A stretch of 64,000 nucleotides of DNA from Candidatus Bathyarchaeia archaeon (GCA_050012255.1 JBEKHN010000007.1:32001-96000); one strand, 5' to 3'. Counted from the stretch's first letter, positions 40,240 to 50,627 are shown. Notes: generated by a model from the sequence alone, not told the origin. A program made the numbers and translations.

Positions 40240-41602
40240 TCAATCCTTGCTTTTCACAAGCTTCGCTATGAACAGGCCGCTACACTGATGAACGTGCGGA
40301 TACAGTCTCTGACACTTATCAAGTCCTCTTAAGCCTCCTAAACCTATTCTCGGCAGTATTTCGGTCAGCGAAAACTGAGGATGCCATTTCAGAAACCTTT
40401 CAACGAGCATCTCATTTTCTTCAACTGTTATGCTGAATGTGGAATAGACCAATGCGCCCTCAGGCCTGACGTATTTCGAGCAGTTGTCCAACATCTCCCA
40501 TTGAATTTGAGCCATTCTGTCCACGGAACTTGGCGTCAGCCTCCATTTGAACGAGGGCAATCTACCAAAGATGCCTGTTCCTGTGCACGGTGGGTCCAAC
40601 ACCACCAAGTCTGCTTCTACGTCGAAAGGCAATGGGCTGCGAGCGTTAGCGATGATTGGCTCGGCAATCTTCACGCCCATGCGCTTCACCTCGCTCTTCC
40701 AAGAGACCATTCCTGCGCCTAGAATAGTCCACAGAAAGGATACGGCCATCGTTTTGCATCAGCCGCCCCAGGTATGGCGTCTTTCCTCCGGGAGCGGAAC
40801 AGACGTCCAAGACGGTCATACTTGGAGCTGGATTTGCTGCTTCAGCTGCAAAAGAGCTTGCTTTGTCCTGGATGTAAACAAGGCCTTCTTTGAAGCAGGA
40901 GGTTTCTGTTACGGGTTGTCTTGCATTCTTGACCTCGTACGCAAACATTAAATCTTTAACCTTATCAGCCTCAACCCCGTCTTCAGCGAGCTTCTTCAGA
41001 ATTCCGTCTCGTTCAGAATTAAGCGTGTTCAACCTTACGTAAGTTGGCATGGGCGATCTGTTCGATTCCAGCATCGCTATGGCGTCTCTTCTACCAAAAA
41101 GCCTGAAACAGTATTCGACAAACCATGTCTAGTGAAAAGTGCACAGTGCGACTCGAGCTTCATCATTTTTCTGCTCTAGGACCACCTCAGGTCTTTGCGT
41201 TAGCAGCATGCCTAGAATAGGCTCGATGGATCGCAAGGTTTTCCATCCTAGAACGGAGCGTGCCAGTTTGGCTATGTTTTCAGCCTCTTCAACGTCAATT
41301 TCAGACCAGCGCTTCGCTATTCTGGTTTGATACACGTAAAGCCGCAGGAAAGCTTGAACGCCAAGGCTGAATTGACCTAGGTCTGCAGGCTTAATGGCGT
41401 TGTTTACAAAAGCATCTATGAAGTTCTGTCTCCGAACAGTTTCGTACACAAGCAAGCGAGCAAGGCGGACAGCATCTGGGTCTCGCATTCTCAGCTGTTT
41501 AACGGTCCTCGCCAAAGCTGAAGATTCCTTCAGTCTTCGCATTTGCATCCAGCTGAGAGTCTCAATCGCAACCGTCCAAGCTTCCCTGAGCAAAGTGTCC
41601 AC
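40240..41602 (-). pseudogene. RsmB/Fmu (NOL1/NOP2/Sun) RNA m5C methyltransferase, inactivated
   Basis: In-frame TAG 41129-41131; +1 frameshift near 40711; IQDKAS, DVCSAPGGKT and LDPPCTGTG present, but the catalytic YSTCS reads YSTFS. Confidence 0.9.
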
Positions 41603-41823
41603 ACGTCAGATATATGTAAGATTCTACATAAAAATTGAAGGCGACATTCATTCCGCGTCCGGCTTGAAATCAATGTTCTTAGAGAACAGGCGCGTGACCG
41701 TTGCTGAGGCTATCGGCGAGGCTAAAAACTATTCCAATTATGAGAAACGATGTGGCCTACAGCATCTAGGGACAAGAGATTTTAAGCAATCCAATTCATA
41801 AAAATAGTCAGGTCAAGACCTAG

Positions 41824-44511
41824 ATGACACAGAAACACCTGGAGGATTTTCCGCCCAAGGAACAGAGACCTTCGACTGAAAAGAAAGTTGACTCTGGGCC
41901 ATTGGCAATCGGCGAGCTTGGAATGGGAGAAAGGAGAAAGCGCGTCTTTCCCCCGCTTGCTCCTGAGAACTTACCATGCTCATACTTTGTCTCAGCCACC
42001 TATGACGGGAGGGCTGGCAAGGCAGTAATCAAACTCTATGAACCAATTTCGGGCCAGATCTACTTCTGGTATGACAACACAGGCCACCAACCGTACTGTC
42101 TCACAAACCTTTCGCAGTATGAGCTTGAAAAAATCAGCCGTGTAATTCAACACCCAGGCTTCGACCGTTTTGAGATTGTGGAAAAATTTGACCCGCTGCT
42201 AGACAGGAAGGTGAAGGTCACGAAAATAGTGACCAAAGATCCGTTGGCTATCGGCGGCCGACCTACGGGATGTATTAGGGACATAATTCCAGAGGATTTC
42301 CCAAATGTCTCGGACTCGCCGGTTGCATCGCAAGATATCAAAGTCTGGGAGTCAACGATAAAGTACTACCAATCCTACATTTACGACCGGCAACTTCTGC
42401 CTGGAATGATTTACGAGGTAAGAGACTGTAACCTCGTCCTGAAAAGGCTGGAAGAAGCCGACAAGACCGTGGACCAGATTCGAGGAACCTTCAAGGACGC
42501 GACTGATGAAGAGTTGGAATTCATCGAAGAATGGGCAAGACTGCTGGAATACCCTGCTCCCAAGTTTCGCCGCGTGGCCCTCGACATAGAAGTGTTGGCC
42601 CCAATCCCTACAAGAGTACCTGACCCCCGCGAAGCAGCTTGCCCGATTATATGTGTTTCACTCTACAGTTCAGATGGACTAAAGAAAGTCTTGCTCCTGA
42701 AACGCGAAGGAGTCCGCGAGGGAACGGAGCACCTGTCCGCGGATGTGAGGCTTGAAAGTTTTGATTCAGAGGAGAAACTTGTAAGGTCTGTTCTTGACGC
42801 GTTGTGGGACTATCCTTTCGTCCTAACTTTCAACGGGGACGACTTTGACCTGCCATATTTGTTCCACCGCGCGCTGAACCTTGGCATCAGACGAAACGAG
42901 ATCCCAATAGAAGTTGGCAAAAGATCCTGCTCGCTGAGTTACGGAGTTCACGTTGACCTGTACAAGTTTTTCTTCAACCGTTCAATTCAGATTTACGCTT
43001 TCAACAACCGTTACAGGGACGTGACGCTGAATGACATTGGAAAAGCTCTGATCGGACTTGAAAAAGTGCCGCTCGACAAGACTCTAGGCGAGTTAACTTA
43101 CACCGATCTTGCCGAGTATTGCCTCAGAGACTCTGAAATCACTTTCAGACTTACAAGTTTTGAAGACGAACTCGTCATGAAGCTGATCCTCGTTCTTGCA
43201 AGAATCAGCAGCATGCCGATGGAAGACGTGAGTCGACAAGGCGTCTCTCGCTGGATAAGAAACTTTCTGCAACGGGAGCACCGCAAGAGGAACATGCTCA
43301 TCCCGAATCCCATAGACATACTCGCAACGAAGGGCAAAACCGCAACGAAAGCAATCATAAAGGGCAAGAAATACAAGGGAGCAATAGTCGTCGAGCCTGT
43401 GCCAGGAGTGTACTTCAACGTCGCTGTCATGGATTTTCCAAGCCTGTACCCGTCAATCATCAAAGTGTGGAACCTAGGCTACCAGTCCATATTGTGTCCA
43501 CATCCCGAATGCCGCGGCAACGTCGTTCCAGGCACGCCAAACTGGGTTTGTACCAGGAAACGAGCGTTAGAGAGCCTGTTGATCGGTTCGTTGAGAGATC
43601 TGCGTGTGCAGTGGTACAAGCCTAAGACGAAAGACAAGTCTCTCAGCACAGATTTGAGAAGCTGGTACAACATCACTCAGGGAGCTCTTAAAGTCATCCT
43701 GAACGCGAGCTACGGAGTCTTCGGAGCTGAAAGCTTTGACCTCTACTGCCCACCAGTGGCTGAGGCAACAGCAGCCATCGGAAGACACTCAATAACACAG
43801 ATACTCAACAAAGCAGAACAGTTGAGCATCCAAGTGCTCTACGGAGACACGGACAGCCTCTTCCTGAAAAACCCTTCAAAACAGCAAACTGAAGAACTGG
43901 CACACTGGACAGAACACGAACTTAAAATGAGCTTGGACGTTGACAAGGTTTACAGGTACGCAGTTTTCAGCTCCCGCAAAAAGAACTATCTCGGAGTCTT
44001 TGAAGAGGGAACGGTTGACGTCAAGGGGTTGACAGGAAAGAAGAAACACATTCCAATTCTCATCAAGAAAGCCTTCGACAAAATGAAGGACCGCCTCGCA
44101 CAGGTCAAAACTCCGACAGATTTTGAAAGGACAAAGAAGAACATCGGCGAAATTGTCCGCGAATGCTACATGCAGTTGAGGAGGCGAGAATGGGAGAACC
44201 TCAACGAATTAGCGTTCAACGTGGTCCTAGGCGAAGAAATCGGACACTACACAAAGACAACTCCCCAACACGTTAAAGCCGCAAAGATTCTACAGGAGAA
44301 TGGTGCGGAGCTGAGAGCCGGGGACCTCATAAGCTTCGTCAAGACGACCAGGGAGCCACACGTGAAACCAGTTGAGTTGGCGACTAAGAACGAGGTCGAC
44401 GTTGACAAATACGTAGCCTACCTGCATTCGACGTTTGACCAAGTCCTAGATGCGTTGGGTCTGGACTTTGACGAAATAATAGGACTGACGAAACTGGAGA
44501 GATTCATGTAA
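41824..44511 (+). CDS. polB1: Family B DNA polymerase, crenarchaeal PolB1 type
   Basis: ExoI DIE, FNGDDFDLPY, DFPSLYPS, KVILNASYG, YGDTDS; N-terminal YDG...KLY...DNTGHQPY. Confidence 0.96.
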   Translation: MTQKHLEDFPPKEQRPSTEKKVDSGPLAIGELGMGERRKRVFPPLAPENLPCSYFVSATYDGRAGKAVIKLYEPISGQIYFWYDNTGHQPYCLTNLSQYELEKISRVIQHPGFDRFEIVEKFDPLLDRKVKVTKIVTKDPLAIGGRPTGCIRDIIPEDFPNVSDSPVASQDIKVWESTIKYYQSYIYDRQLLPGMIYEVRDCNLVLKRLEEADKTVDQIRGTFKDATDEELEFIEEWARLLEYPAPKFRRVALDIEVLAPIPTRVPDPREAACPIICVSLYSSDGLKKVLLLKREGVREGTEHLSADVRLESFDSEEKLVRSVLDALWDYPFVLTFNGDDFDLPYLFHRALNLGIRRNEIPIEVGKRSCSLSYGVHVDLYKFFFNRSIQIYAFNNRYRDVTLNDIGKALIGLEKVPLDKTLGELTYTDLAEYCLRDSEITFRLTSFEDELVMKLILVLARISSMPMEDVSRQGVSRWIRNFLQREHRKRNMLIPNPIDILATKGKTATKAIIKGKKYKGAIVVEPVPGVYFNVAVMDFPSLYPSIIKVWNLGYQSILCPHPECRGNVVPGTPNWVCTRKRALESLLIGSLRDLRVQWYKPKTKDKSLSTDLRSWYNITQGALKVILNASYGVFGAESFDLYCPPVAEATAAIGRHSITQILNKAEQLSIQVLYGDTDSLFLKNPSKQQTEELAHWTEHELKMSLDVDKVYRYAVFSSRKKNYLGVFEEGTVDVKGLTGKKKHIPILIKKAFDKMKDRLAQVKTPTDFERTKKNIGEIVRECYMQLRRREWENLNELAFNVVLGEEIGHYTKTTPQHVKAAKILQENGAELRAGDLISFVKTTREPHVKPVELATKNEVDVDKYVAYLHSTFDQVLDALGLDFDEIIGLTKLERFM

Positions 44512-44524
44512 GGCTTTGCAGTCA

Positions 44525-45079
44525 TTAATTCTCTGAAAGCGTTTTCAATCCATGTGATTTCAGTGGTTCAATGATGCTGGGTCTGCTCAGTATTCGCAGA
44601 ACCGCGTAACCTATCACTGCGATAGCGACGAGACTGCTGACCAAAAGGCTGATCAGCGTCGTGATCCAAGCTGGCAAGAACGCGAGCTCTGCAGGTTGAT
44701 AAGGAAAGGATATCCACAGATACCCGCCCCCAACGATGATTCCTATAGGCGAAGCACCTGCGATGCATGCTAGCAACTTATGCTTCTTCAGTAACAATAC
44801 GAGGCTTGCCGCCATAAGATTGGCTAGGGAACCGAAGACTACGTCAATGAACCCTATGGGTCCGAAAACATTAACAACAGCGCATCCGGCAGTGACTCCA
44901 ATAACGACAGGCAATCCTAACAAAGCAGCTAATGCGATCAGAAAGTCTGAGAGCCGCAATTGTATAGGTCCATAGATTGAAGGATTTCCGAAAGGAGAAA
45001 ACGACTGTGCCAAGTTGATCGTGGCGTACAATGCTGCAAAAACGGCTGTCAACGCCAAGTCTCTACTGTCAAATCTTAT
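44525..45079 (-). CDS. queT: QueT-family (COG4708) transporter S component; probable ATA start
   Basis: AVFAALY...SIYGPIQLRLSD...GVTAGC...N...G..DVVFG; GGAGGTGA lies 4 nt before the in-frame ATA at 45079. Confidence 0.85.
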   Translation of the reverse strand: MRFDSRDLALTAVFAALYATINLAQSFSPFGNPSIYGPIQLRLSDFLIALAALLGLPVVIGVTAGCAVVNVFGPIGFIDVVFGSLANLMAASLVLLLKKHKLLACIAGASPIGIIVGGGYLWISFPYQPAELAFLPAWITTLISLLVSSLVAIAVIGYAVLRILSRPSIIEPLKSHGLKTLSEN

Positions 45080-45146
45080 CCTTTCACCTCCTGCGCCGGG
45101 ATTTCTATGGCGGAACGGGTGGAGGTCCACTCACCCGCCTTGCACC
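45080..45146 (-). promoter_or_regulatory. Structured 5' leader of queT (riboswitch candidate)
   Basis: GCGGGT/ACCCGT hairpin with ACCTCC in the loop, complementary to the SD GGAGGT; CGCC/GGCG hairpin before the SD; TTTAATAA box ~26 nt upstream. Confidence 0.55.
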
Positions 45147-45289
45147 TAAGAAGACCACAGATGTTTATTAAACATTGCTGAGACTCGCATACTAGCATTC
45201 ATCGCATGAGCGTTCAGGATAGAAAATCAGGCTGAGGCCATCAAGCAGACTTCACAAGCAGTCGCCGAAGACCGCATCACAGTATTTGC

Positions 45290-45351
45290 TGCAGAAAAAA
45301 ACCGAGGGGGGTAGACGTGTTAGACGAGTAAAAACGCGAAACAGGGAATGT
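45290..45351 (-). repeat. Dispersed intergenic repeat, copy C (degenerate, inverted)
   Basis: Reverse strand CATTCCCTGTTTCGCGTTTTTACTCGTCTA...C-run...CTGCA. Confidence 0.75.
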
Positions 45352-45429
45352 TAACGGATCGATGGAGAAACGCGTAGCAAGAAGTAACCGTGGGACATCA
45401 ATAAGCGCCGTGAAAACACGTTTCAAACA

Positions 45430-46305
45430 CTATTTCAACATTAACAATCTGAGAACGAGAGCAACAGAAGTTGACGCTGCGACCAAAAGCGAGACCAGCA
45501 ACACCACCTGCCGCTCGGTCAAGGAACGATGAAACGTGAGAAGGGTGACCAAGCTTCGCCTGTGATCTGAGGACAGCTTTTTCCCATCAAAAGAGACAGC
45601 GGCCTTGGCTCTATAGATGAAGAAAGTCAGCAATATCAACGCAGAATTGAAGATGTAGGGCAGAACAGACACGACCAGGTCCAACTTCAAATCCGATATG
45701 ACCCCGAAAGAAGCCAACGTCATCCCTATGGTGAAAGACCCCGTGTTGCCAACGAAGATCTTCCCCTCAAAGTTTAGAGCAGCAAGGATAAGCCACACGA
45801 CCAGAGGAACGTAAAGCAATACTCCATTTGACCCTGACATAGCCATCAACCCGATCATAATTATCGCTGGACAGACTGTCTCCAAACCGTTCAACCCGCC
45901 CAGCTGATTCACCGTATTCGTCACTATCGTCACAAGCACCGGAACTATCACAAGGTAGTACCACACTCCGAAGTCGACCGTACCCAACAATGGAATTGCG
46001 ATATACGTACGAACTAGGGGAGTGTGATACGCGAAGGCAGCAAGAGGCATTGCAGCAACCAGAGGAAGAAACGCTTTGAAACGCCACTTTAGATCTATCC
46101 AGTCATCCAGCAATCCCATGAAGCCTCCGAACAACACGCACACGGCCAGCGTCAAGGGCGGAGAAACCCCGTTTGAGACTTTGACAATGTCTAAAGAGTA
46201 CAGGAGAAACAAGTACACAACGCTGATCAGGACGTAGAAGATACCGAGGCCGTTAGAAACCAAAGGCTTGTTTGGTTTGTGCAGGTCAGGAGCCTTAGGA
46301 AACAA
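45430..46305 (-). CDS. Glycosyltransferase family 4 (AglH/GPT/MraY-like polyprenyl-phosphate HexNAc-1-P transferase)
   Basis: DLHK, GLLDD, N.VN.LGGLNGLE, KIFVGNTG; adjacent to aglB. Confidence 0.85.
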   Translation of the reverse strand: MFPKAPDLHKPNKPLVSNGLGIFYVLISVVYLFLLYSLDIVKVSNGVSPPLTLAVCVLFGGFMGLLDDWIDLKWRFKAFLPLVAAMPLAAFAYHTPLVRTYIAIPLLGTVDFGVWYYLVIVPVLVTIVTNTVNQLGGLNGLETVCPAIIMIGLMAMSGSNGVLLYVPLVVWLILAALNFEGKIFVGNTGSFTIGMTLASFGVISDLKLDLVVSVLPYIFNSALILLTFFIYRAKAAVSFDGKKLSSDHRRSLVTLLTFHRSLTERQVVLLVSLLVAASTSVALVLRLLMLK

Positions 46306-46317
46306 GGACGTTCCCCT

Positions 46318-48582
46318 TTAAGCATTCGGATAATCTTGGTAGTATTTTTGCCAGTCGATCTTGTAGAGACACACAAGTGGAACAAGCCCGCTGTAACTGC
46401 TCTGTGAGTCACTGGGCGTCAAAGTCTCCCCTGAGAAGAACTCTTCCTTGAAGTATATGGGCTGCGTAACGTTGGCCGCATCAGGGTCTGTAACGCCGTT
46501 GACCTGACACCAACGGTCTTTGCCCCAACTCATAAGCTCATAAACCGTTGAGTTTAACCCAACATTGTTCCACTGCCATGCGTTGGTCGTGTTGCTGAAT
46601 GAACCGAAGGAAGTCTCATTCTGCCAAGAAGAGGCCTTGTCAATAAAATTGTTATCTATGAATCGCTGCTGCGCGTTTCCGGAGATCTTTGCCATCCAAG
46701 TCCATTTTCCGTTGTCGCCGCCCGCCCAGTCAACCCAGCCTCCTTGATAATTAGCAGTGACGAACACGAGTATGTATTCCGCTCCGTACTGCTTCAACAT
46801 ATTCATCGAATAAGTCTCGTTTGCCATAAAAACGAACCCAGCATTTTCTATCTGTGTAGTGTTAATCGTGGCGTTGTCCGTAAGCGTGGTGACATTTCCT
46901 AGGATGCTTAGCCAGTACCCATAGTCCCACCAACTGACCACAACAGTAGAAGAGCTATGGAAATCATTCACGTATTTCAGCATGTCGAACCACTCTGTCA
47001 CAGGCCGATTGGGCGCTACCGACATACTGCCTCCTGTGATCGTAACTGGCGTGTAAGCTTGTCTGTAGACTATCGGCACCCCGCCAGATTGCGGCGAAAA
47101 TGCCAGGTTTGTCATCAAAACTAAGAAAATCAGGAAAATGGCAGCCCCGCTGAACTCTTTTCCCACATGCTCCAGCGCTTTCCTTTTTCCAGTCAATCTC
47201 AGCGGTTCCTTCAACAGCGTCACAAACGGTTTGGACAGACTCACTATTCCGATGGCTGCCACAAGAGCGAACGCCGGGGCCAGAATGACCATTACACGCA
47301 CCATGGATGCAGCAAAGTAGACGGATGTTAAAGCGAAGAGTAGCATGAAAAGATTTTTGGTGGTGAGGTTTCTTGCAATGAAGAATAGACCCACGAGGAA
47401 GAAGAGTATCGCTATGCCAAGGTCGTAGTATATTGAACCCCAAGTAGACATTCTATGTTCAGCCACAGACTCTATTAGAGGGTTAGTTCCCCGCAGAAGT
47501 GGATTAATGACAACCCAGAACTTTGCCCCTATGGCTCCTAAGAAGCCCGTCACCGTGAGCACGATGAAGCTGCCGATTATCCCGGCCACGAAGGCTACGA
47601 TAAACATGAACTTTTCTCTAGCAGAAGTCAAATTGTTCACGATCTCGTTCAGACAAAGGAGAACAAAGACTCCTGCAACGGGCAAGATAGCAGAGGAAAC
47701 AACGAAAGCGGGTCCGACTTCAGTTCGGGTGCTTATGGCAAAGAGTAAACTCGGCCCAAAGGTCAAACCGTACACTAAGAAAAGACGTCTCGAGTATCTC
47801 TTGACCAGAAGTAAAACGAAAACGAAGAGGGCGGCCAAATCAATTATATAGTATGATGCGCCCCATCCGAGAACGAAGTATGTTAAGACAGCAGCCGACC
47901 CAAGTGAGTAGCCAACCGTTGAATTGATCGGCCTTTCTTCTTCAACGGCTCTGAGGAAAAAAAGAATGAAAGCTGGAAGTGCAAAGATGCCAACGTTTTC
48001 GGTCGTAAAGAAGCCCAGCGTAATCTTCGTGATAACGGCTGGGCTTATCGCCAAGAAAAGTGCTGCAAGCAAGCCGACAGGTTTTCCCCCTAAGTCTTTT
48101 CCGAGGAAGTAGAGCGCAAAGGCTCCAAGGGCAACCATTAATGGAGGGATCATCGCAAGAAAGGCCATCAAGTCGATGTTGAAGCCCAGGAACCTAACGA
48201 TGTCGTAGGAAACAGCCGCAACAAATACCAATGCTGGATAGGAGTTCCCCATGTTTATTCCGCCTGGGAACCAGCGCTGCGTGTCAACCCATTGCGTAGG
48301 CCAGTAGGGCGATAGCAGACCTTGCTCCGTCATTCGTTTCACCAGACTGTACTGGTAGTACGGGTCAAATTCTGAAAGATGGATTGCGCCCGCCTGTATC
48401 TCCCAACGCAGTGGCAGTACGCGTATGGTGAATGCCAAGAAAACGATGAGCAGCAAGGCTGAAGACGTCAGGATTGAACTGTGGTTCACTTTGAGTCTTA
48501 GTTTTCCCAGACTCTTTATGCCGTTGACAAAACTCTCCTTGGATAGGACGCTGCTGAGCTTCACTTTCGGTTCATCTCTCAC
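46318..48582 (-). CDS. aglB: Oligosaccharyltransferase AglB (STT3)
   Basis: EFDPY, SVAEH, WWDYG, DNAT.N. Confidence 0.97.
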   Translation of the reverse strand: MRDEPKVKLSSVLSKESFVNGIKSLGKLRLKVNHSSILTSSALLLIVFLAFTIRVLPLRWEIQAGAIHLSEFDPYYQYSLVKRMTEQGLLSPYWPTQWVDTQRWFPGGINMGNSYPALVFVAAVSYDIVRFLGFNIDLMAFLAMIPPLMVALGAFALYFLGKDLGGKPVGLLAALFLAISPAVITKITLGFFTTENVGIFALPAFILFFLRAVEEERPINSTVGYSLGSAAVLTYFVLGWGASYYIIDLAALFVFVLLLVKRYSRRLFLVYGLTFGPSLLFAISTRTEVGPAFVVSSAILPVAGVFVLLCLNEIVNNLTSAREKFMFIVAFVAGIIGSFIVLTVTGFLGAIGAKFWVVINPLLRGTNPLIESVAEHRMSTWGSIYYDLGIAILFFLVGLFFIARNLTTKNLFMLLFALTSVYFAASMVRVMVILAPAFALVAAIGIVSLSKPFVTLLKEPLRLTGKRKALEHVGKEFSGAAIFLIFLVLMTNLAFSPQSGGVPIVYRQAYTPVTITGGSMSVAPNRPVTEWFDMLKYVNDFHSSSTVVVSWWDYGYWLSILGNVTTLTDNATINTTQIENAGFVFMANETYSMNMLKQYGAEYILVFVTANYQGGWVDWAGGDNGKWTWMAKISGNAQQRFIDNNFIDKASSWQNETSFGSFSNTTNAWQWNNVGLNSTVYELMSWGKDRWCQVNGVTDPDAANVTQPIYFKEEFFSGETLTPSDSQSSYSGLVPLVCLYKIDWQKYYQDYPNA

Positions 48583-48695
48583 ACAATTCTGAGGTGTTTT
48601 ATTTTCCTTGCGATTAGTTAACGTCTAGGAAGTGCTGACAAGAGAAACGCCGTTCATATATACCTTTCCAATGTTTAAACAACCTGAAACAGACA

Positions 48696-49844
48696 CTACG
48701 CTCGTTGAATTTTCCGCTTGTAACCGTATTTTTCAGGGTCGTAGAGCGGAAATGCTTCTATCTTGCCCTTCATCATCCTGCCGCGTATGTTCACTTCTAC
48801 CAGTGCCCCTTCTTGGGCATGCGATGTTTGAACGTATCCCATACCTACGCCGCACTTGAGAAGTGGTGAAAAAGTACCACTCGTAATCTGACCAATCTTT
48901 TCCCCTGTAGCTGAGTGAATTTCGAAACCTGGCCTAGGTATTCCTTGATCTGTCATTTCTATTCCAACACGTTTTCTTTTCCATCCCTCAGTTTTCTGTT
49001 TAAGCAACGCTTCTTTTCCAATGAACTCCCCCTTCTGCAGCTTCACGACAAAGCCAAGCCCTGCCTCTAGAGGCGTTGTGTTCTCATCGATGTCGTTTCC
49101 GTAGAGACACAGGCCAGCTTCAAGTCGGAGTGTGTCTCTGGCCCCTAGGCCGCAGGGTTCTATTCCGAAGTTCTTGCCGGCTTCAATAATGGCGTTCCAC
49201 ACTTTCACTGCCAAGTCTGGCTTCTCCAGTGAAGCGTTCCATACGAAGACTTCGAAACCGTCTTCGCCACTGTAGCCTGTTCGAGAAAGAAAAACGTCCG
49301 TGTCTGCCAGACTCGGATGACCACACTTGAACCTTCCAATTTTGCTCAAGTCTTCACTGGAGGTTTTCTGAAGTGTTTTCTCTGCGTTCGGACCTTGAAC
49401 TGCAAACATGGCCACGTTGCCAGACAAGTCCTCGATCCTCACGGTGAAGCCCTTCGCATTCTTGATAAACCAGTCGTAATCTTTCTCACGATTGCTCGCG
49501 TTGAAGACTACTAGGAACTTCTCTGTTTCCAGCCGGTACACGACAAAGTCGTCTACTATGCCGCCGGTTTGAGTGCACATGACCGAATACTGGGCACTGT
49601 TCGGTGAGAGGGTTGAGACATCGTTCGTTATCACGTGGTTCAGAAAGCGCTCTGAATCAGCGCCCGTAACGATCACGCGTCCCATGTGGCTGATGTCAAA
49701 AATGCCGACGCTGTTGCGAACAGCCATATGTTCAGGTGCTATGTCTTTGTAGTAAACTGGCATTTCAAAGCCTGCGAAGACTGTTAGTTTAGCTGTTTTC
49801 AGGTGCACTTGGTACAGTTGTGTTCTGCGGGTTGTTTCGTTCAA
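48696..49844 (-). CDS. gcvT: Glycine cleavage aminomethyltransferase T
   Basis: FAGFEMP, FDISHMG, RTGYSGEDGFE, GLGARDTLRLEAG. Confidence 0.96.
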   Translation of the reverse strand: MNETTRRTQLYQVHLKTAKLTVFAGFEMPVYYKDIAPEHMAVRNSVGIFDISHMGRVIVTGADSERFLNHVITNDVSTLSPNSAQYSVMCTQTGGIVDDFVVYRLETEKFLVVFNASNREKDYDWFIKNAKGFTVRIEDLSGNVAMFAVQGPNAEKTLQKTSSEDLSKIGRFKCGHPSLADTDVFLSRTGYSGEDGFEVFVWNASLEKPDLAVKVWNAIIEAGKNFGIEPCGLGARDTLRLEAGLCLYGNDIDENTTPLEAGLGFVVKLQKGEFIGKEALLKQKTEGWKRKRVGIEMTDQGIPRPGFEIHSATGEKIGQITSGTFSPLLKCGVGMGYVQTSHAQEGALVEVNIRGRMMKGKIEAFPLYDPEKYGYKRKIQRA

Positions 49845-49864
49845 GCCTCTGTCCTCTTTGAAAA

Positions 49865-50029
49865 CTACTTGAAAGGCTTCACGTCCACGTCAATGGGTAC
49901 GAGGGAGAGCTTCTTCCCGCACTTGGGACATTTTCCCTCGAGCTCGTGCAATATTTCATCAGGAGGCCGCAGTTCGGCACCTGCGTACAATACGTGACCG
50001 CATCCTTCACAAGCAACTCGTTGAGGCAT
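49865..50029 (-). CDS. 54-aa zinc-finger protein (absent from the ORF track)
   Basis: Own translation: MPQRVACEGCGHVLY...PPDEI...GKCPKCGKKL; AGGAG upstream. Confidence 0.8.
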   Translation of the reverse strand: MPQRVACEGCGHVLYAGAELRPPDEILHELEGKCPKCGKKLSLVPIDVDVKPFK

Positions 50030-50212
50030 GACAACTGTGCTCCTTGTGGTGACAAAAGAACTAAACGACCATGACGTATTTATCGGTTGCTGGGCAAGAA
50101 ACTCTGCACTGTTTTAAGAAGGATGAAAACGTGCCAGCCCGCTGGCCAGCGAATGTGATCCCATCCAATATCAGCATAGGCGGCTCAGGATGCCTGACTC
50201 TGTATAACACGC

Positions 50213-50280
50213 ACGTTCCCCGTATTCGCATTTTCACCAGTCCATTTTGCCTTCCCACCTCCACCTAGGCTTTTTCTGCA
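50213..50280 (+). repeat. Dispersed intergenic repeat, copy D
   Basis: CCCCGTATTCGCATTTTCACCAGTCCATTTTGCCTTCCCACCTCCACCTAGG...CTGCA. Confidence 0.8.
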
Positions 50281-50627
50281 GCTGGCACTGATGACACGGC
50301 CTCAGGGGGGACAATGGTGAAGTCTTCTTGTTAGTTGAGTTGCCGTTCTAACCATTAAGGTCGAACCGTGTGCTACTTTGCCATCTTCAATGGCTTCCTG
50401 CAACAGGCAAGGAGGCTCGCAGCTTCCAAACCTTGACCTTGTTACTGTATGTTTCACGCCGACAAACTCACGTAATTTCGCCATTTTTCAGCCTTCTTGA
50501 CTCGTGCCAGTCTCCGAAAAAGACGCCATCGAATAATGAAGCCGCCAGCGCAGGCAAAATCTTAATTTCCTCTCAACCTTTACTTCAAACAAGATGCGGG
50601 AAGAAACATCAGCGGCTGGTACTACGT

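Noticed and set aside
50061-50264. 67-aa ORF MEVGRQNGLVKMRIRG...
   Set aside because: It starts inside repeat copy D. The same frame in other copies (VKTRIQG) is not kept open, so it is probably a by-product of the repeat.
50370-50627. 86-aa N-terminal extension of topA
   Set aside because: No TOPRIM similarity; the family start MDNYTLVITEKP is at 50628.
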